The notes under the pieces were generated by a model, which was given only the letters and a program-made list of their open reading frames with translations, was not told the origin of the DNA and did not search any database. A DNA stretch of 64,000 nt from Tubiluchus corallicola (lineage: Eukaryota > Animalia > Priapulida): the NCBI GenBank assembly GCA_030141605.1, contig JAQGDQ010000496.1, positions 100,118 to 164,117 on the forward strand. Reading direction: 5' to 3'. Made by a program: the position numbers and the translations under genes. Shown here piece after piece: positions 37,549-50,589 of this stretch. Position 1 is the first letter of the stretch, and every line of letters begins with the position of its first letter.

Positions 37549-37643
37549 TATAAGGTGATGTTTTACATTATTACCTGTTTTTAGTGTTACGCGTTAGGCC
37601 AAGTACTTCGCAAAAGGTCAACGACTTCGATAAGGCGGAAAAG
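37549..37643 (+). promoter_or_regulatory. Putative TATA/Inr core promoter and non-coding first exon of the Gly/Tyr-rich protein gene
   Basis: CACGTG at about 37528, TATAAG at 37549, Inr-like TTAGT at about 37581 and a consensus donor AAG|GTAAGT at 37643; an acceptor tcag|G lies 1 nt before ATG 39246. Confidence 0.5.
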
Positions 37644-39245
37644 GTAAGTACACGTTGCCATTAAAATAGTGAAATTCGTTTGCTTATATATTATGAAGCC
37701 TTTCTAGTGAGTTTAGTTTTAGCGGGCATCACAGTTTTTGCATCTATAATCTTCTATAGCGTTTCGGCTATACATGTATGTTATTGGAGTGCAAATATTA
37801 TACTATATATAGTATTTGTTTCATAGGAAGATCTTATACAAAAAGAATCTGAAATGCAAAAGCTAAAAAGTATAAAATTCGAATTATTGTGGCCAATGAT
37901 TTTATCTATTTTGGAGGAAAAAAGTGCGTTTTTCCAAAAGCGCTACTTGATAAAAATCAATGATCACACTTAATGACAATCCGCCGCCGTTTACATCAAC
38001 TACTGTAATGCCAAGATTAGTCTAAACTCTTTGAAGATTCTGTGTTTAACAAATTGCTTTTCCATTGTTCGTAGGAAAGAAACCATTTAATATTTTTCGT
38101 TACTGTTGATTGTTCGCGTGAGAGAATTTTAAAATTACTGATTAGAATGCAGGCTTCCAATTCACTGAATTATAAACTCGATATTTTGAGAGCATTTTAT
38201 TTCGTACTATACAATTGTAGAATGATATACAAACACGTCTTACTGCACTGTTAGACATAGTCGTCTTTAATTTCTACAGAAATTTCCTAAATAGATTACC
38301 TTTTCAATAGGTTTCTATATTAGGAACAAACTCAACACATTCCATGAAGTGCCGATAGTGGCGAACGTTTTGAATCTCTTTAGAACAATTTTCTCGGATT
38401 CTGTGCAATTCCAAATCTAAACCAATAACTGCTTGATAATGATGGAAACATGTCAAGTTCATTAAATTCTCAACCGTTAATTCAGTAGTTTGTAATCCCC
38501 ACCTTGTTGAAAGGTTAATAATGTTATATCAGTCCCAGAATGTTGTCAAAAAACGGATCTGGCAAGATGCAAACCTCTTTGACTAAAAGTTTTCCGCTTG
38601 CAAGTTTTTCTCTTGTAAATTTTCTCTGGTTTTAAGTAATTCTTGTGCACCGCAGAAACAAGGTATGTGTAATTTGTTTGTTGTTACGACGGTGTGTGCA
38701 CACCGAATTCTTGTGAAGAAAAATCAAAATAAATTGTTTCACGATAGCTTTGTTACATCAGTTCTCTAGTGGATATTAAAACAATGTAGCTACGTTTTTA
38801 TATAATATTATGTATATAATGTAATTTTAATACTATAAAATACAGTAAAATACAATATAATATAGAAACATTAACGCAATTGTTGAATTTTCGATATTAT
38901 CCCATATTTGAATGTTGATCAATTCGCTTGTTGTTATATTAATTTTAACAAAATACGAATAGCATGAATTTCGATAAATTTTGCAATTGGTCATGTGGCT
39001 ATTACCACTTAAAATGGCCATAGGTCGACCCCAACACTTAATAGTGTAGCGCAAAATACTTTCAAAAAATTTCACAACTAAGCAAATGATTTTTTTATAT
39101 GAATACTTACACGTTATTTCTAGTTATTTATCGTACGTCGAATAATTAGTACACGTAGTTTTTTCTTTTTTGTTTGGATTACTTTTTTGCTTGGTTGGTT
39201 CAATTACTTTGCTTAAATCACGGTTAATTTCCTTGCATTATCAGG

Positions 39246-39841
39246 ATGCGGTTACTTCATTTCAACAAGGTAGTTCCTGTCTGTCTTTTACTCGTTTGCA
39301 GCATACGAGCTTTTATATACGAAGAAGAAGAAGAACAAAAAGAAGGTAACTCTTTTTAAATTAATTAATTTAATTTATTTGGTCTGATTGTAACATTAAC
39401 ATGACTGTACGCCATCCTAATAGCAGCTTGGAGTGTCCACATGAATAGAAAACCTATTGGCTTACTCGTATTAATTCACGACTGCAATTTTTTCCAAGCT
39501 TGTTGATAAAGATTCATATAATATTAATAATACTCTGGTTTAGTCTTTATTAGAATAATAAAGAGAAAAACATGATTACAATTGCATAAAAAATGTATTA
39601 CAGGTGATGGTGATGACAACCGTACAACCGTATCAACACAACAATACATAAAAGCAGAAACAACATTATCTATAACCAAAAGACAATCTTTAATCTGCAG
39701 TGACTACAACGGCAATGACAGCCATTGCTGTTGTTGCTACTGCTACTGCTAGTGCTGTTGTTGTTACTGCTAGTGCTGTTGCAGTTGCGATGGAGGTTGT
39801 TGTTGTAGTAGTAGTAGTAGCTGTTGTTGTTGTTTTGTTGT

Positions 39842-39882
<41 letters not shown>

Positions 39883-40073
39883 TACTTCTACTACTGCCAC
39901 TACCACTACCACTACCCCTACCACTACCACTACCACTACCACTGCCACTGCCACTATAACTACCACTACCACTACCACTACCGCTACCACTACCACTAGC
40001 AGTAGCACTACCACTACCACTACCACTACCACTAGCAGTAGCACTACCACTACCACTACCACTACCACTACCA

Positions 40074-40139
<66 letters not shown>

Positions 40140-42056
40140 TTATTATTATTATGGCAAAATACGTTAATATAGAAAATACGACTGAAAATACGGTCAATTA
40201 ATTGAACACGTGTTTACTTTTGTTTTGTGGGAATGTTTTGAAGACTGTACAATAACAAAAGTACAATATATTTAATATAATTAGACAAATAAATGATCAG
40301 TTTTTACGACTAATATTTGCTGTAATGCCAAAGTTAAAAACAGATGTTGAACAGATTGTTAATAAACATAAATTTGCTTTAAAACAGACTTAATGCAATA
40401 TTAACAACAGCTAAAAACCCTGTATAACCTAAAATTTGCATGACCTTATTCTGCAAAATAATTACCGACAAGTAAAACCGTTATATTACGTAGCTTATAC
40501 GGTCATTTGGCCTTCATTAATTTATTTAGTTTTAAAACGTACTGTACAAATACGTATCGAAGAATTGTATCCAAAAAATGTAGGTTCATATTTCACTTTA
40601 ATTTCACATATGATATCAGTTTTTATTTAATCAGCTTGATAAATATGCATTCTGCAATTATATAACAAGAATATCCGATATGACATTTTGTCCTGCATTT
40701 TCTTATTTTAATTATATCAAATTTATGGATTTAATCATTAGCACTTTTCTCTCCGTTTCTTAATTATTAAAAGTTCTTTTTACAAGAATGACTGTGTATT
40801 TTTATTTATACGTAAATAACAGCATAGGTGATTGATACGTGTTGTAATGTTTAAATTTAAGCAGCGTTTTTTCATTGCCAGGTAACTTTTTTTAACTTAG
40901 AAGCTGGTGTTCTAAGTAATTCGCACAGATTCTATACTACTTTTATGTAAACCATCATGGCTATGAATTTGTACAATGTACAATCAAATACAAAATTATG
41001 TACAATATTTAGGATATTATACAAAAAATAATAGACCACGGCAATGTAGTTTTGTGCCTTCGTTGTCACTGTATTGAGTTGCTTTCAATTAGCCGTGGTA
41101 GAATACTTATACAAGAAGAATTTCTTGAGGCAAAATTCATTTTGTGCGTATCTTTGCGTAAAGTGCTGCTTGTCATTAAGGGAATGTTTTAGACCTATTT
41201 TTAAATGACAACAGCAGTATATAACACGATTCCAGTGTCAAGCTTTTTATAGTGTACTAGTTTTGTATTAATACTAAGTATTTAATTTTCTTGTTTTAAA
41301 AATGATGTGCTATAATTACCCACTTTTGTAAAACATTATTAATATACTTCCTGCCCATGTTAAAGCCTTCTGCCCACGTTTTCTGTAAAAAACGTTTTTC
41401 CTGAAGAAAACCCTTTAGAAGTGTTTTTTAAATATAGGGTTTTCCCGATAAACCCCTAATTAAAGGATTTTTGACTGGGAAACCAGGAAAACCTATTTTA
41501 AACCCTTTAAGACCCCTTTCTATTTAACAGCGTGTTGAATGTGTGCATCTCAACAGCTTAACGTTTTTTTGACCAGCCATGTTATTAATGGAGCAGTATA
41601 CCCTAGAATCATGTTGAGATATATCGATAGTTCTGGGGCAGGTTTCACAAAGCCGTCAATAGTTAATGACGTCGTTATTACATTCTCTTAACTATTAATA
41701 ACGACGTCGTTAAATGTTAGTGACGACCTTGTGATACTGTGCCCCGATCTTCAGTAATTTAATGATAGGCCTACTATTTGTTCAAAAAGTCGTTTCTTGA
41801 GCGTAGGTGCAGTTAGCAAAATTTGCCGCGTATGTGAAACTGTGACGACACTGCTAGCTGTGGTGCGTTTCCCATCGTTGTCATGCAAAAATACGAACTG
41901 TTTGGTTACAAAGCAGTTTTATATTATAGAGTATAATATAATATAATATAATATAATATAATATCATATCATATCATATCATATCATATCATATCATATC
42001 ATATCATATCATATCATATCATATCATATCATATCATATCATATCATATAATATAA

Positions 42057-42107
<51 letters not shown>

Positions 42108-45100
42108 TAATTAATATAATATAATATAATATAATATAATATAATATAATATAATATAATATAATATAATATAATATAATATAATATAATATAATATAAT
42201 ATAATATAATATAATATAATATAATATAATTCAATACAATACAATACAATACAATACAATACAATACAATACAATACAATACAATACAATACAATACAAT
42301 ACAATACAATACAATACAATACAATACAATACAATACAATACAATACAATACAATACAATACAATACAATACAATACAATATAATATAATATAATATATT
42401 GAGTTTATCGATTTTCGACGGCCTGAAATGCTTGCTGCTTTCATGTTTTACAGTAAAGTCGCGGCTTAATAATTACTGTTTACATTGTAATGACGATATA
42501 AATTACACGTTTCAAATGATGAGTTAAGATATCAAGGTATACTTGTATAAATTTTAAACTCTCCTGTAAATTACATTTGTGTCAACACCGACGGCTTCTG
42601 AACACATTTACATTGGGAATGAAATAATACTGTACCACCTAACACGTATGCTCATATTTGTGCAAAATAAGGCAACACTATCTTGTATATAGTGAACAAC
42701 ATCGCGCCATTACAGACAATTATTTTGTTATTAACCTGAACTTTTTTTGCAAATCATATGGATTTAGTATCACTAACAATGACAATTTATGTTTGCTTAG
42801 TACGTCTTATCACGTTAAAGCACTTTCATTGTTTCGTAGTGCTTAAATTTTGTTTTTAGTCAGTTTAAATAATGTTTAAACTTATTATCAGCCGTACCGC
42901 CACTCTTTTTTGACATCGTATTTTCTAGTCAAAAAATCAGGTTTCCAGTTCACTGGGTTGATGGCTTAGAACTAGACACGAGTGCTAGATGCAGTGTGTC
43001 GAGCTGTAGACCTATGTGTAGTTTGTTTTGTTACACTATCACATATTCTTACTGTTTTTCGTTCTTGTTTATAATAAAAGACTAAATCAGACCAATCTTT
43101 TTCAAACTTCTAGAATGTCTTTGTCCACCTGGACCACCTGGACCACCAGGACCGCCAGGAAGACCAGGTAAAATTGACGAAGTTGCTTAGCTTGTTATGC
43201 CTGCTTCACATTGTATCAATGAACGAATGAATGAAACAGGGAATGGAAGAAAGACTGAATGCATCAAGTACTGACTGACTGACTGACTGACTGACTGACT
43301 GACTGACTGACTGACTGGCTGGCTGACTGACTGACTGACTGACTGACTGACTGACTGACTGACTGACTGACTGAATGAATGAATGAATGAATGAATGAAT
43401 GAATGAATGAACGAATAACCCAATGAATGAATCAATGAACGATCGAATAAATGAGCGAACGACCAGGTGAACCAATGAACAAACGACTAGATAAATGAAT
43501 AAAGCGAATGAATGTATAATTAAATGAAGAAAGGGATTAGAGAAGGAAGAAATGAATGAATACTATTTAATCCATTTAACCTAACACGTAAAAAACATGG
43601 TTTTAGAAGATTTAGAGTCACCTTATTACCGTACCGTACCGTACCTACTACTGTAGTTTCATTTAAACTTTGAATAGAAGTCTCAAGACAAGGCTACTAA
43701 AGGGCTGATTAGTATTAATCTACATTTTACTGAACTAATCACTCTACTGATTAGTATTAATCTATATTCTGTGAATACCAAGGTGATTTCAAGATCAAAA
43801 ATATAAAAAAAATGTAAGAATTTTATCACATTACTTTATATATGCTTTTTCGCTGAGCAAAGTTGTGCAAAACTGTGACATTATGCACATTAAGAACTGC
43901 CAAATAATATCTATAAAAACAATTATCCATGAAAACAACTGGCGATAGAATAAAAAGACATGTACATAGAAAAAAACAAGCGCGATGCTGAACATACTCG
44001 TCTGCATATGCCAACGGTATGTTATTCAAGGACTTTCCAGCAGAATGATCTATCAGTTTTTTTCCTTTTGGTTTGACCTCTTTCTGTCGTCTGGTGTTGT
44101 TAACTTACATTATACTCTGGAAAATATCTGACACAATGAAACATGACTCCTTTTGACGCAATCCTGTACTACGAGAGTTTTGTCCCGCCCATCTCTATTA
44201 TGAATTTGTGGTTGTTGTGCAATGAGCAGATCAAACTGTTACTTTTGGTGGATTAGAAACACAATTAATCTAGTTTGGTCTAATCTAAATTGTTCATTAT
44301 AATTATATGTATTTGCATAGCGCTTATACTCAGTTCGGCTGTGCAATTCCTTGCATATGTGGCACTTATATAGCAGTGAGTCTCAATAACTGCCTGTTGT
44401 GTGTTATAAAATGCGCCCTTTACATGAATTTAAAAGTATGCACATGTGACGCCCCTCAAACTTTGGCGCCCCGGGCTACAGCCTAGTTAGCCTATTGGTT
44501 AATACGCCCCTGGATCTACCGCCTTTTGAATTTCAAGTTCACATTTTTGTTTATATTTATACTAACGAATTTCGACAAGATGTAGCCATGTCGTGCAGTA
44601 CTCCTAAATAGGACACTCTGGCCGGCTTCCTGGTATGCTTAGACTTATTTGAGTATATACCTGGCTGTGAACCAACTGCCATTTTGAGAGTCAAGGTTAC
44701 AGATGTGAACGTCGCACCATCTATCCTTGCGCAATTGGGCATCAAATCAGTCTTCCTCTTCTAACAAGTTCAACATTTGACACATTGAAAGAATTTTTAG
44801 TAAATTGTACATGTATGAGCATGCATTATGTTAGTTTGACCTTGACCATGGCACGGGAAATGGATTTGTGCCATTAAGAATAATTGAATATACTTTCAAT
44901 GTTCAAATCAGGAATACTTTCCATGACATTTGAGTGAAATACAAGCAAGTTGCCAACTCATATTCCAAACTATACTTTTTGTCTGAAATAAATTGATAAT
45001 GTTATTGTTAACTTTCTGTTAATGTTACATTGAAAAAACCTTGACCTTGACATGAAAATGAGCTCTGACATCTTTTTAGTAACATAACAAGCCTTTCCTC

Positions 45101-45657
45101 AAAGGTGAAATTGATTTGAATCACCTTTATACGCATTTTTCTTGATAAAATAGTGTTTACCGTTCAAATGACCTTGAACATTGTTTGAAAAAAATGCCAC
45201 CCACTTTTTAAACTTCATACCCATAGGGCGTCAAAACCACAAAGTAACAAAAATTTACACGACGTGCTGGATTCTTGACTATTGCCCCTGTACTATAACT
45301 TTATTTATTCATACAGGTTACTACAGCTATGTAGACGACTATAGGTATTATGCAGGTCCAGGATACGGTTACGGAGGCAGAAACCGAGATTACGGTGGTA
45401 AAGACAGTGGTTATAGGGGTGGGGGTGGGGGTGGCGGATACGGATATGATGGATATGCAGACAGAGGATACGGTGATCGAGGCTATGGTCCTGCAGGACC
45501 TCCCGGATATGGACGCCGCGGACCGCCGGGAAAGAAATCAGGACGCCGTGGACCTCCGGGAAAGAAATCAGGAGGCCGTGGACCTCCGGGAAAGAAATCA
45601 GGAGGCCGTGGACCTCCGGGAAAGAAATCAGGAGGCAGTGGACCTCCTTTAGACTGA
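39246..45657 (+). CDS. Uncharacterised secreted Gly/Tyr/Lys-rich protein with a short collagen-like segment; 3 coding exons, 164 aa
   Basis: Exons 39246-39345 (MRLLHFNKVVPVCLLLVCSIRAFIYEEEEEQKE, ends phase 1), 43114-43167 (ECLCPPGPPGPPGPPGRP, 54 nt, phase 1-1), 45317-45657 (GYYSYVDDYRYYAGPGYGYGG..(GPPGKKSGxx)4GPPLD stop). GT-AG and in frame; AATAAA at 45949. The last two exons are strong; the join to the first exon is inferred. Confidence 0.75.
39700..40152. repeat. Compound tri/hexanucleotide microsatellite (GTT/GTA/ACT/ACTACC/ATT)
   Basis: Seen directly. Confidence 0.9.
41635..41745. mobile_element. About 110-bp palindromic hairpin MITE
   Basis: GGGGCAGGTTTCACAAAGCCGTCA..AATGACGTCGTTATTA pairs with TAATAACGACGTCGTT..TGACGACCTTGTGATACTGTGCCCC. 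Confidence 0.7.
41931..42398. repeat. Compound microsatellite (AATAT)n(CATAT)n(AAAT)n(AAT)n(AATAT)n(AATAC)n
   Basis: Seen directly. Confidence 0.95.
43270..43410. repeat. (GACT)n(GAAT)n tetranucleotide microsatellite
   Basis: Seen directly; degenerate flanks span about 43215-43560. Confidence 0.95.
45520..45648 (+). repeat. Coding 30-bp tandem repeat, 4 copies plus a partial (GPPGKKSGxx)
   Basis: ggacctccgggaaagaaatcaggaggccgt units. Confidence 0.9.
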
Positions 45658-45989
45658 AGATAACATCACCAGTCTAAAGAAGTCGAAGACAACAAATGAT
45701 AATTTTTTAAATGTTAAATTAACAGATACTGTAGGCCTATTATGGATAAGTCCCTAGGAAAAATTATATTTTGTCCATTTTAATCCTCCGTTTTCCGTTT
45801 TTCTAATAGTTTATTAAAATAATATTACAGTGTTGGTCAGAAATATTGCATTTAAATTCCTCAAAGAAAATTGCTAGATTTTTAATTTTTGTGTAGAATT
45901 TTAATGAGGATGCCATGCGTTGTAAGAAAGTCTCGCGAGGAACACGGCAATAAATTTAAAACTTAGTAAAACTCGTGGCTATAGGCTAT

Positions 45990-46041
45990 GCACACACGCA
46001 CGCGCACAAACACGCACACACACACACACGCACACACACAC

Positions 46042-46091
<50 letters not shown>

Positions 46092-46105
46092 GCACGCACA
46101 CACAC
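45990..46105. repeat. (CA)n/(CACG)n microsatellite
   Basis: Seen directly. Confidence 0.95.
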
Positions 46106-48984
46106 TTAAACCTGATCAGCAATGGACGTATGACCAACGCAGCAACTGTTTGCCTGCCATTCTGCTCAATCAGAGCCTTGAACGCTAGAGTCTAAATTGT
46201 AAAGCATTTTTGAAAACAGTGCAATTCATAAAAAAATCTAGCTATTAAAACAAAGAACACATGAAAACTTGAAACAAAATTAACATGAAGAAAGATAAAA
46301 CAGTCAATCATTTTTCATTGTTTTATTAATTAATTAATTATTGTTTTAATTGAGAATTTTTATTAATTATCACTATTCTTGGCATTAAGAATGAAATTTG
46401 CTGAACGATAGATTGTGTTACACATGTCTTCGCTTGATTTGTATTTAATCATAGTAATCATGCTAAAGTTGCATATGTTTTCGAACTAGCATTTTTGAAA
46501 CGCAAGGAAAATGAATTTATTTTTGGCGTTATTACGAATAAGTATCTGTAAATACTCATAAAGTAAACTTTGCTGTGTAATTTCGTGGAATACCTTGTGT
46601 TGTTTTGACAACAGAATTACGATATACGAGAAGCACAGAGTAATAATAATGGCAGCTCTATAATGGAATCTAACAAATTATTATACAATGTATTTGCTTT
46701 TGTGTTTTCATTGTCTGTTGGAATTAATTCACCAACTTATTTGAACATTTTGCATTATTGTTTTTATTTTTTGTAAACTGTTCTGCAGTCATTCCCTGCA
46801 TTATCTGATACAATTTACACAGGATATTTCGTTTACTTGCTGTCTGCATATTACAATTATGTGAAATGTCAAAGCTTAGTAGTTCAGTAATATTTCAACT
46901 TAAAAGAAAATATCTTTCATATCTTACCACATTTTGCAGTATAATAAATGTATGCATTTTAAGACCTACAATAATGTAAAACTGTGGTAGTAATTGAATA
47001 ATAGGTTAAAAACTTAAAATGCAGGCGAGCCCAACTAATGATGACATCACAACTGAACATAATTTTCAACAACACAAACATTCCATGATCGTGTTGCACA
47101 TGTTCGTGAAAGCGAAAAATAAAGTACAGTGTTACCGTACAACGTTCAGTGTGACGTACGAAAACTCAACAAAATTCAAATTTCAAGTTTACCGCTGTGC
47201 CGCGTATTAGCTCTTGACGTGTCCACTACGTCTCAATTGAACACCTCTGGGCTGAGAAGTACAGCTCGTGTTTTTTTGTGCATCCCGTTTCCGAGATGCA
47301 GGCACTTGTGCTCATCTAACTAACGAACAAAATGCATGTAACAGCGAATAACTAGCACCGCGAGAACGATAATTCTATTCTGTGACAGTAATTCTTACCC
47401 GGTAGTCATTTCTGAAAAAGTAGTATATTCACTTTCAATATTTTATATATTGAAATATTGTGTAGATTGTTTTGAGCTGGAGTTAAAATTGGATCATGTT
47501 TCCTTGGTAATAAGAGAACTGCTTAAAAACGAGAAAAAAAGTTTCCATTCCCAAAAGGCAACAATCCCAGTGAAGGAATAGGCGTAGTCCTTATGTATGC
47601 TGCTTACATTAGAAAACCTCCGAACAATGTTAAACGTGGTCAGATCTAAATTTTAGACCTACCCACCGCACTCTACACATTTTCCGACAGGTTTTTAACA
47701 CAACTTTCTCCACTTCTTGACTTTGAAACATTGCACGGAGTCAATAAAAAATCAGTCTAGAAAGTTTCCGCTCAATTAGTATAGATGTTTACACAGAGAT
47801 GGCGCCTTGGCGCAAACGCGTATACAATGTACTCAGTAACGGACTATAGGAAGTGCCGGATCTTTGACCTACCCTCGAGCTGTAGCGCAGGCCACAGCTG
47901 CCGCTGCTATTTGCCTGTTCAGAAAAGACTATAAATAACTTCGTTTTTCTGTATGTGCACATTTGTAAGAATACGATTTTCGTTTTTTGTAAAGATGTGA
48001 GAAATAATAAAGAAATGACGTGTTTTATGTTTAATAACTTCGACTTTCAAGTAACTTAAAGAGAATGCTTCGACATACAGTCAGTTCAAATGGTATATTT
48101 TTGGTGAGTTCAAAGGCCCAGTACAACAACTGGTAGCTGGTAGCTCATCAGTAAAGACGTCAGCACAGCCTTCACTGACACATTAAATTGCAATACAAAC
48201 GAGCTGCATATGTTAAGGTTAGTTAAGGTTATTTGGGTATCTTTGTCAAAATTAACATTTTGAACTGGACGAAAAACATTAGGCCTATAATGCGTCCAGT
48301 GCGATAGCCATTAGGTATACCATTTTGTAATTTTTGTAGTTATGCAATGCTTGTAATTTAATTTTTCATCAATTTAATTTTCAGCTGAAGCGTTCAAACA
48401 ATACAATCATTATAATTGTACTTTCTTGGAACCCCTGTCATTATAAGTCACATCATAACCGATTGATAACATTGTTCAATACTAAAACACTATACTAGCC
48501 TAAAAATGTGAAAATTGACCTGAACTAACCATCGGGATAAACCACAAAGGATACCTTTTGCTTTTCATATCTGTAAGTTATACTAAACTGGATTTGGCAA
48601 TAGAATCATAGATTCTCATAGTAAAAATGATGCAAGCCTTGTGCTATAACTAAACCAAGATCTTAGGTTCATAGTACATGTATATATCCAGTAACGTGTT
48701 CTGACGTTATACAGCTATGCACAACGTAAGCTGATACTAGTAACTCAGTTTTGGTAACAAATCCACAACGGAGAAATTTTACTACTATATTTCCTTTATG
48801 TATAATACATGCAATAATAATACACATTTCCTACGTAAGCGGCAATTATTATAGTCTTTAACATGTGCTTTGATATCTTGTAAATGACTTAAAGATCGAC
48901 GCAGTACCTGCAAATGTTTCATCAAATGCAATTAAATTGTTAGATTGCAGTTAAACTAACAAAAAACGTAATGAAGAAAATGCT

Positions 48985-49255
48985 GTTTTTAACCTTGATT
49001 ACAAAAGCTCTAACAATCCATTTGATGTATTTTAACTCTGATAACAAAAAATCTAATAACCGATAATATTTTTAACATAATAATAAAAAGTCTAATAACC
49101 TGATGATGTTTTTTAACAAAATGTTTTAATAACTTTAGTGGCGTTTTCAGCCCTTAAAAGTAAAGTATCAAACAACTCAGATGATGATTTCAACTCTACT
49201 AAAAAATTTAATAATCCTGATGAGGCTTTTAATCCTAGTAACAAACAGTCTAGTA
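48985..49255. repeat. Degenerate minisatellite (ctaataacc-tgatgatgttttaac units, roughly 35-45 bp)
   Basis: About 6 diverged copies recognisable by eye. Confidence 0.5.
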
Positions 49256-50490
49256 AGCTTGATTACTAGCAATCGAGGTTCCATAATTTTCATCAGCCAG
49301 CTTAAACATCACAGTGAACAATTCACATATTGGCTGTAGTTCATTGTTTAATTTCATCATAACGTCATATTCGTCTGATGCAGTTTCTGTTTTTTACACA
49401 GGTAACAAATTGGCGGCACCAGTTTGCCAACTACCGTGCTGGTCTTTAAAGCTATTTTAGATTCTGACAGTTCAGTAATGAATTTAGTAGATAGTGACAC
49501 TAATAAACCAATTATGGATGCAGTGCTGTTCGCTATTTCGTATAAGAAAAATAATGAGATAAGCTATTGGTTTTTGAAAAGTTAAGCTACTTAAAATGAG
49601 TAATATCTTGAAGATACCTCAGTTGACCAGTCCTCCAGTAGTAACTCATAGAGACTTTTAAGACTAACTGATGAGTCCTTAAGTACTCAAGGTTAGGCCG
49701 TTAGCAGGGCCGGATTATCCTATAGGGCCCCTTGCGTTTGGGGTGCCGTTAAGCTTTGGCAACAACTAATAAAAAATTGTTTTTTCACTACAGTTGTGTT
49801 GAAATATGTGCTAATTTGGTCTGCAATAAATAGTAAAGTAGTGGTATTTCTTAAAAGAGTATTTTATTAACAAACAAAAATAGCTATTCTAGGTTATTTA
49901 AAGCATTTGCAATAAGTTTACTTCAAAATGTAAATGTAGCGAAATGATAGTTGAGTTAGGGTGTGGCTCCATCTGAGAAAGACCCCATAATTTCATTAGC
50001 TTAGGGACCCCCAAAAGATCATAGTACTGACCGTTAGGGATTAGAATTACAGATTCATTATGAGTTACTACCACGTACAAATTCTGCGAATGGTTCAAGA
50101 GGTACGTCCCAGAAAACTCATTGAACATCCCCCAGAATCGACGTCTGTTGAAAGCATCTACAGCTGTACGCCCTGTGTTTGAAATTTAGCAGAATATGTT
50201 TTCCTAATGCCCGCATTCTGCAACTGTCGTTTTTGCAAAGCCCAGCATTTCTAACATTTAATAAACGCATGGGCAGTTTGGCACCTTCTACATGGTTCTA
50301 ATTTTCAGCTAGAGATCTTTTTCCAGTGCTGCCCTTCGTTTACGAAATGAGCTTTCGGATGAGATCAAAAACTCCCGCAGTACTGCCGTTTTTAAACTAA
50401 ATTGAAACTTTTTATTCTTAGAAGCTTTTTAGTTTTTATTATTTCAATCTATGTCTGTATAACGCAGTAAAGTGTTTGTGCGCCAACGAG

Positions 50491-50491
<1 letters not shown>

Positions 50492-50589
<98 letters not shown>
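50492..50589. repeat. (ATT)n microsatellite
   Basis: Seen directly. Confidence 0.95.

Noticed and set aside
45350-45652. Alternative-frame ORF with AVDLRERNQE repeats
   Set aside because: Shadow frame of the Gly-rich exon; the splice phase from the collagen exon supports the Gly/Tyr frame.
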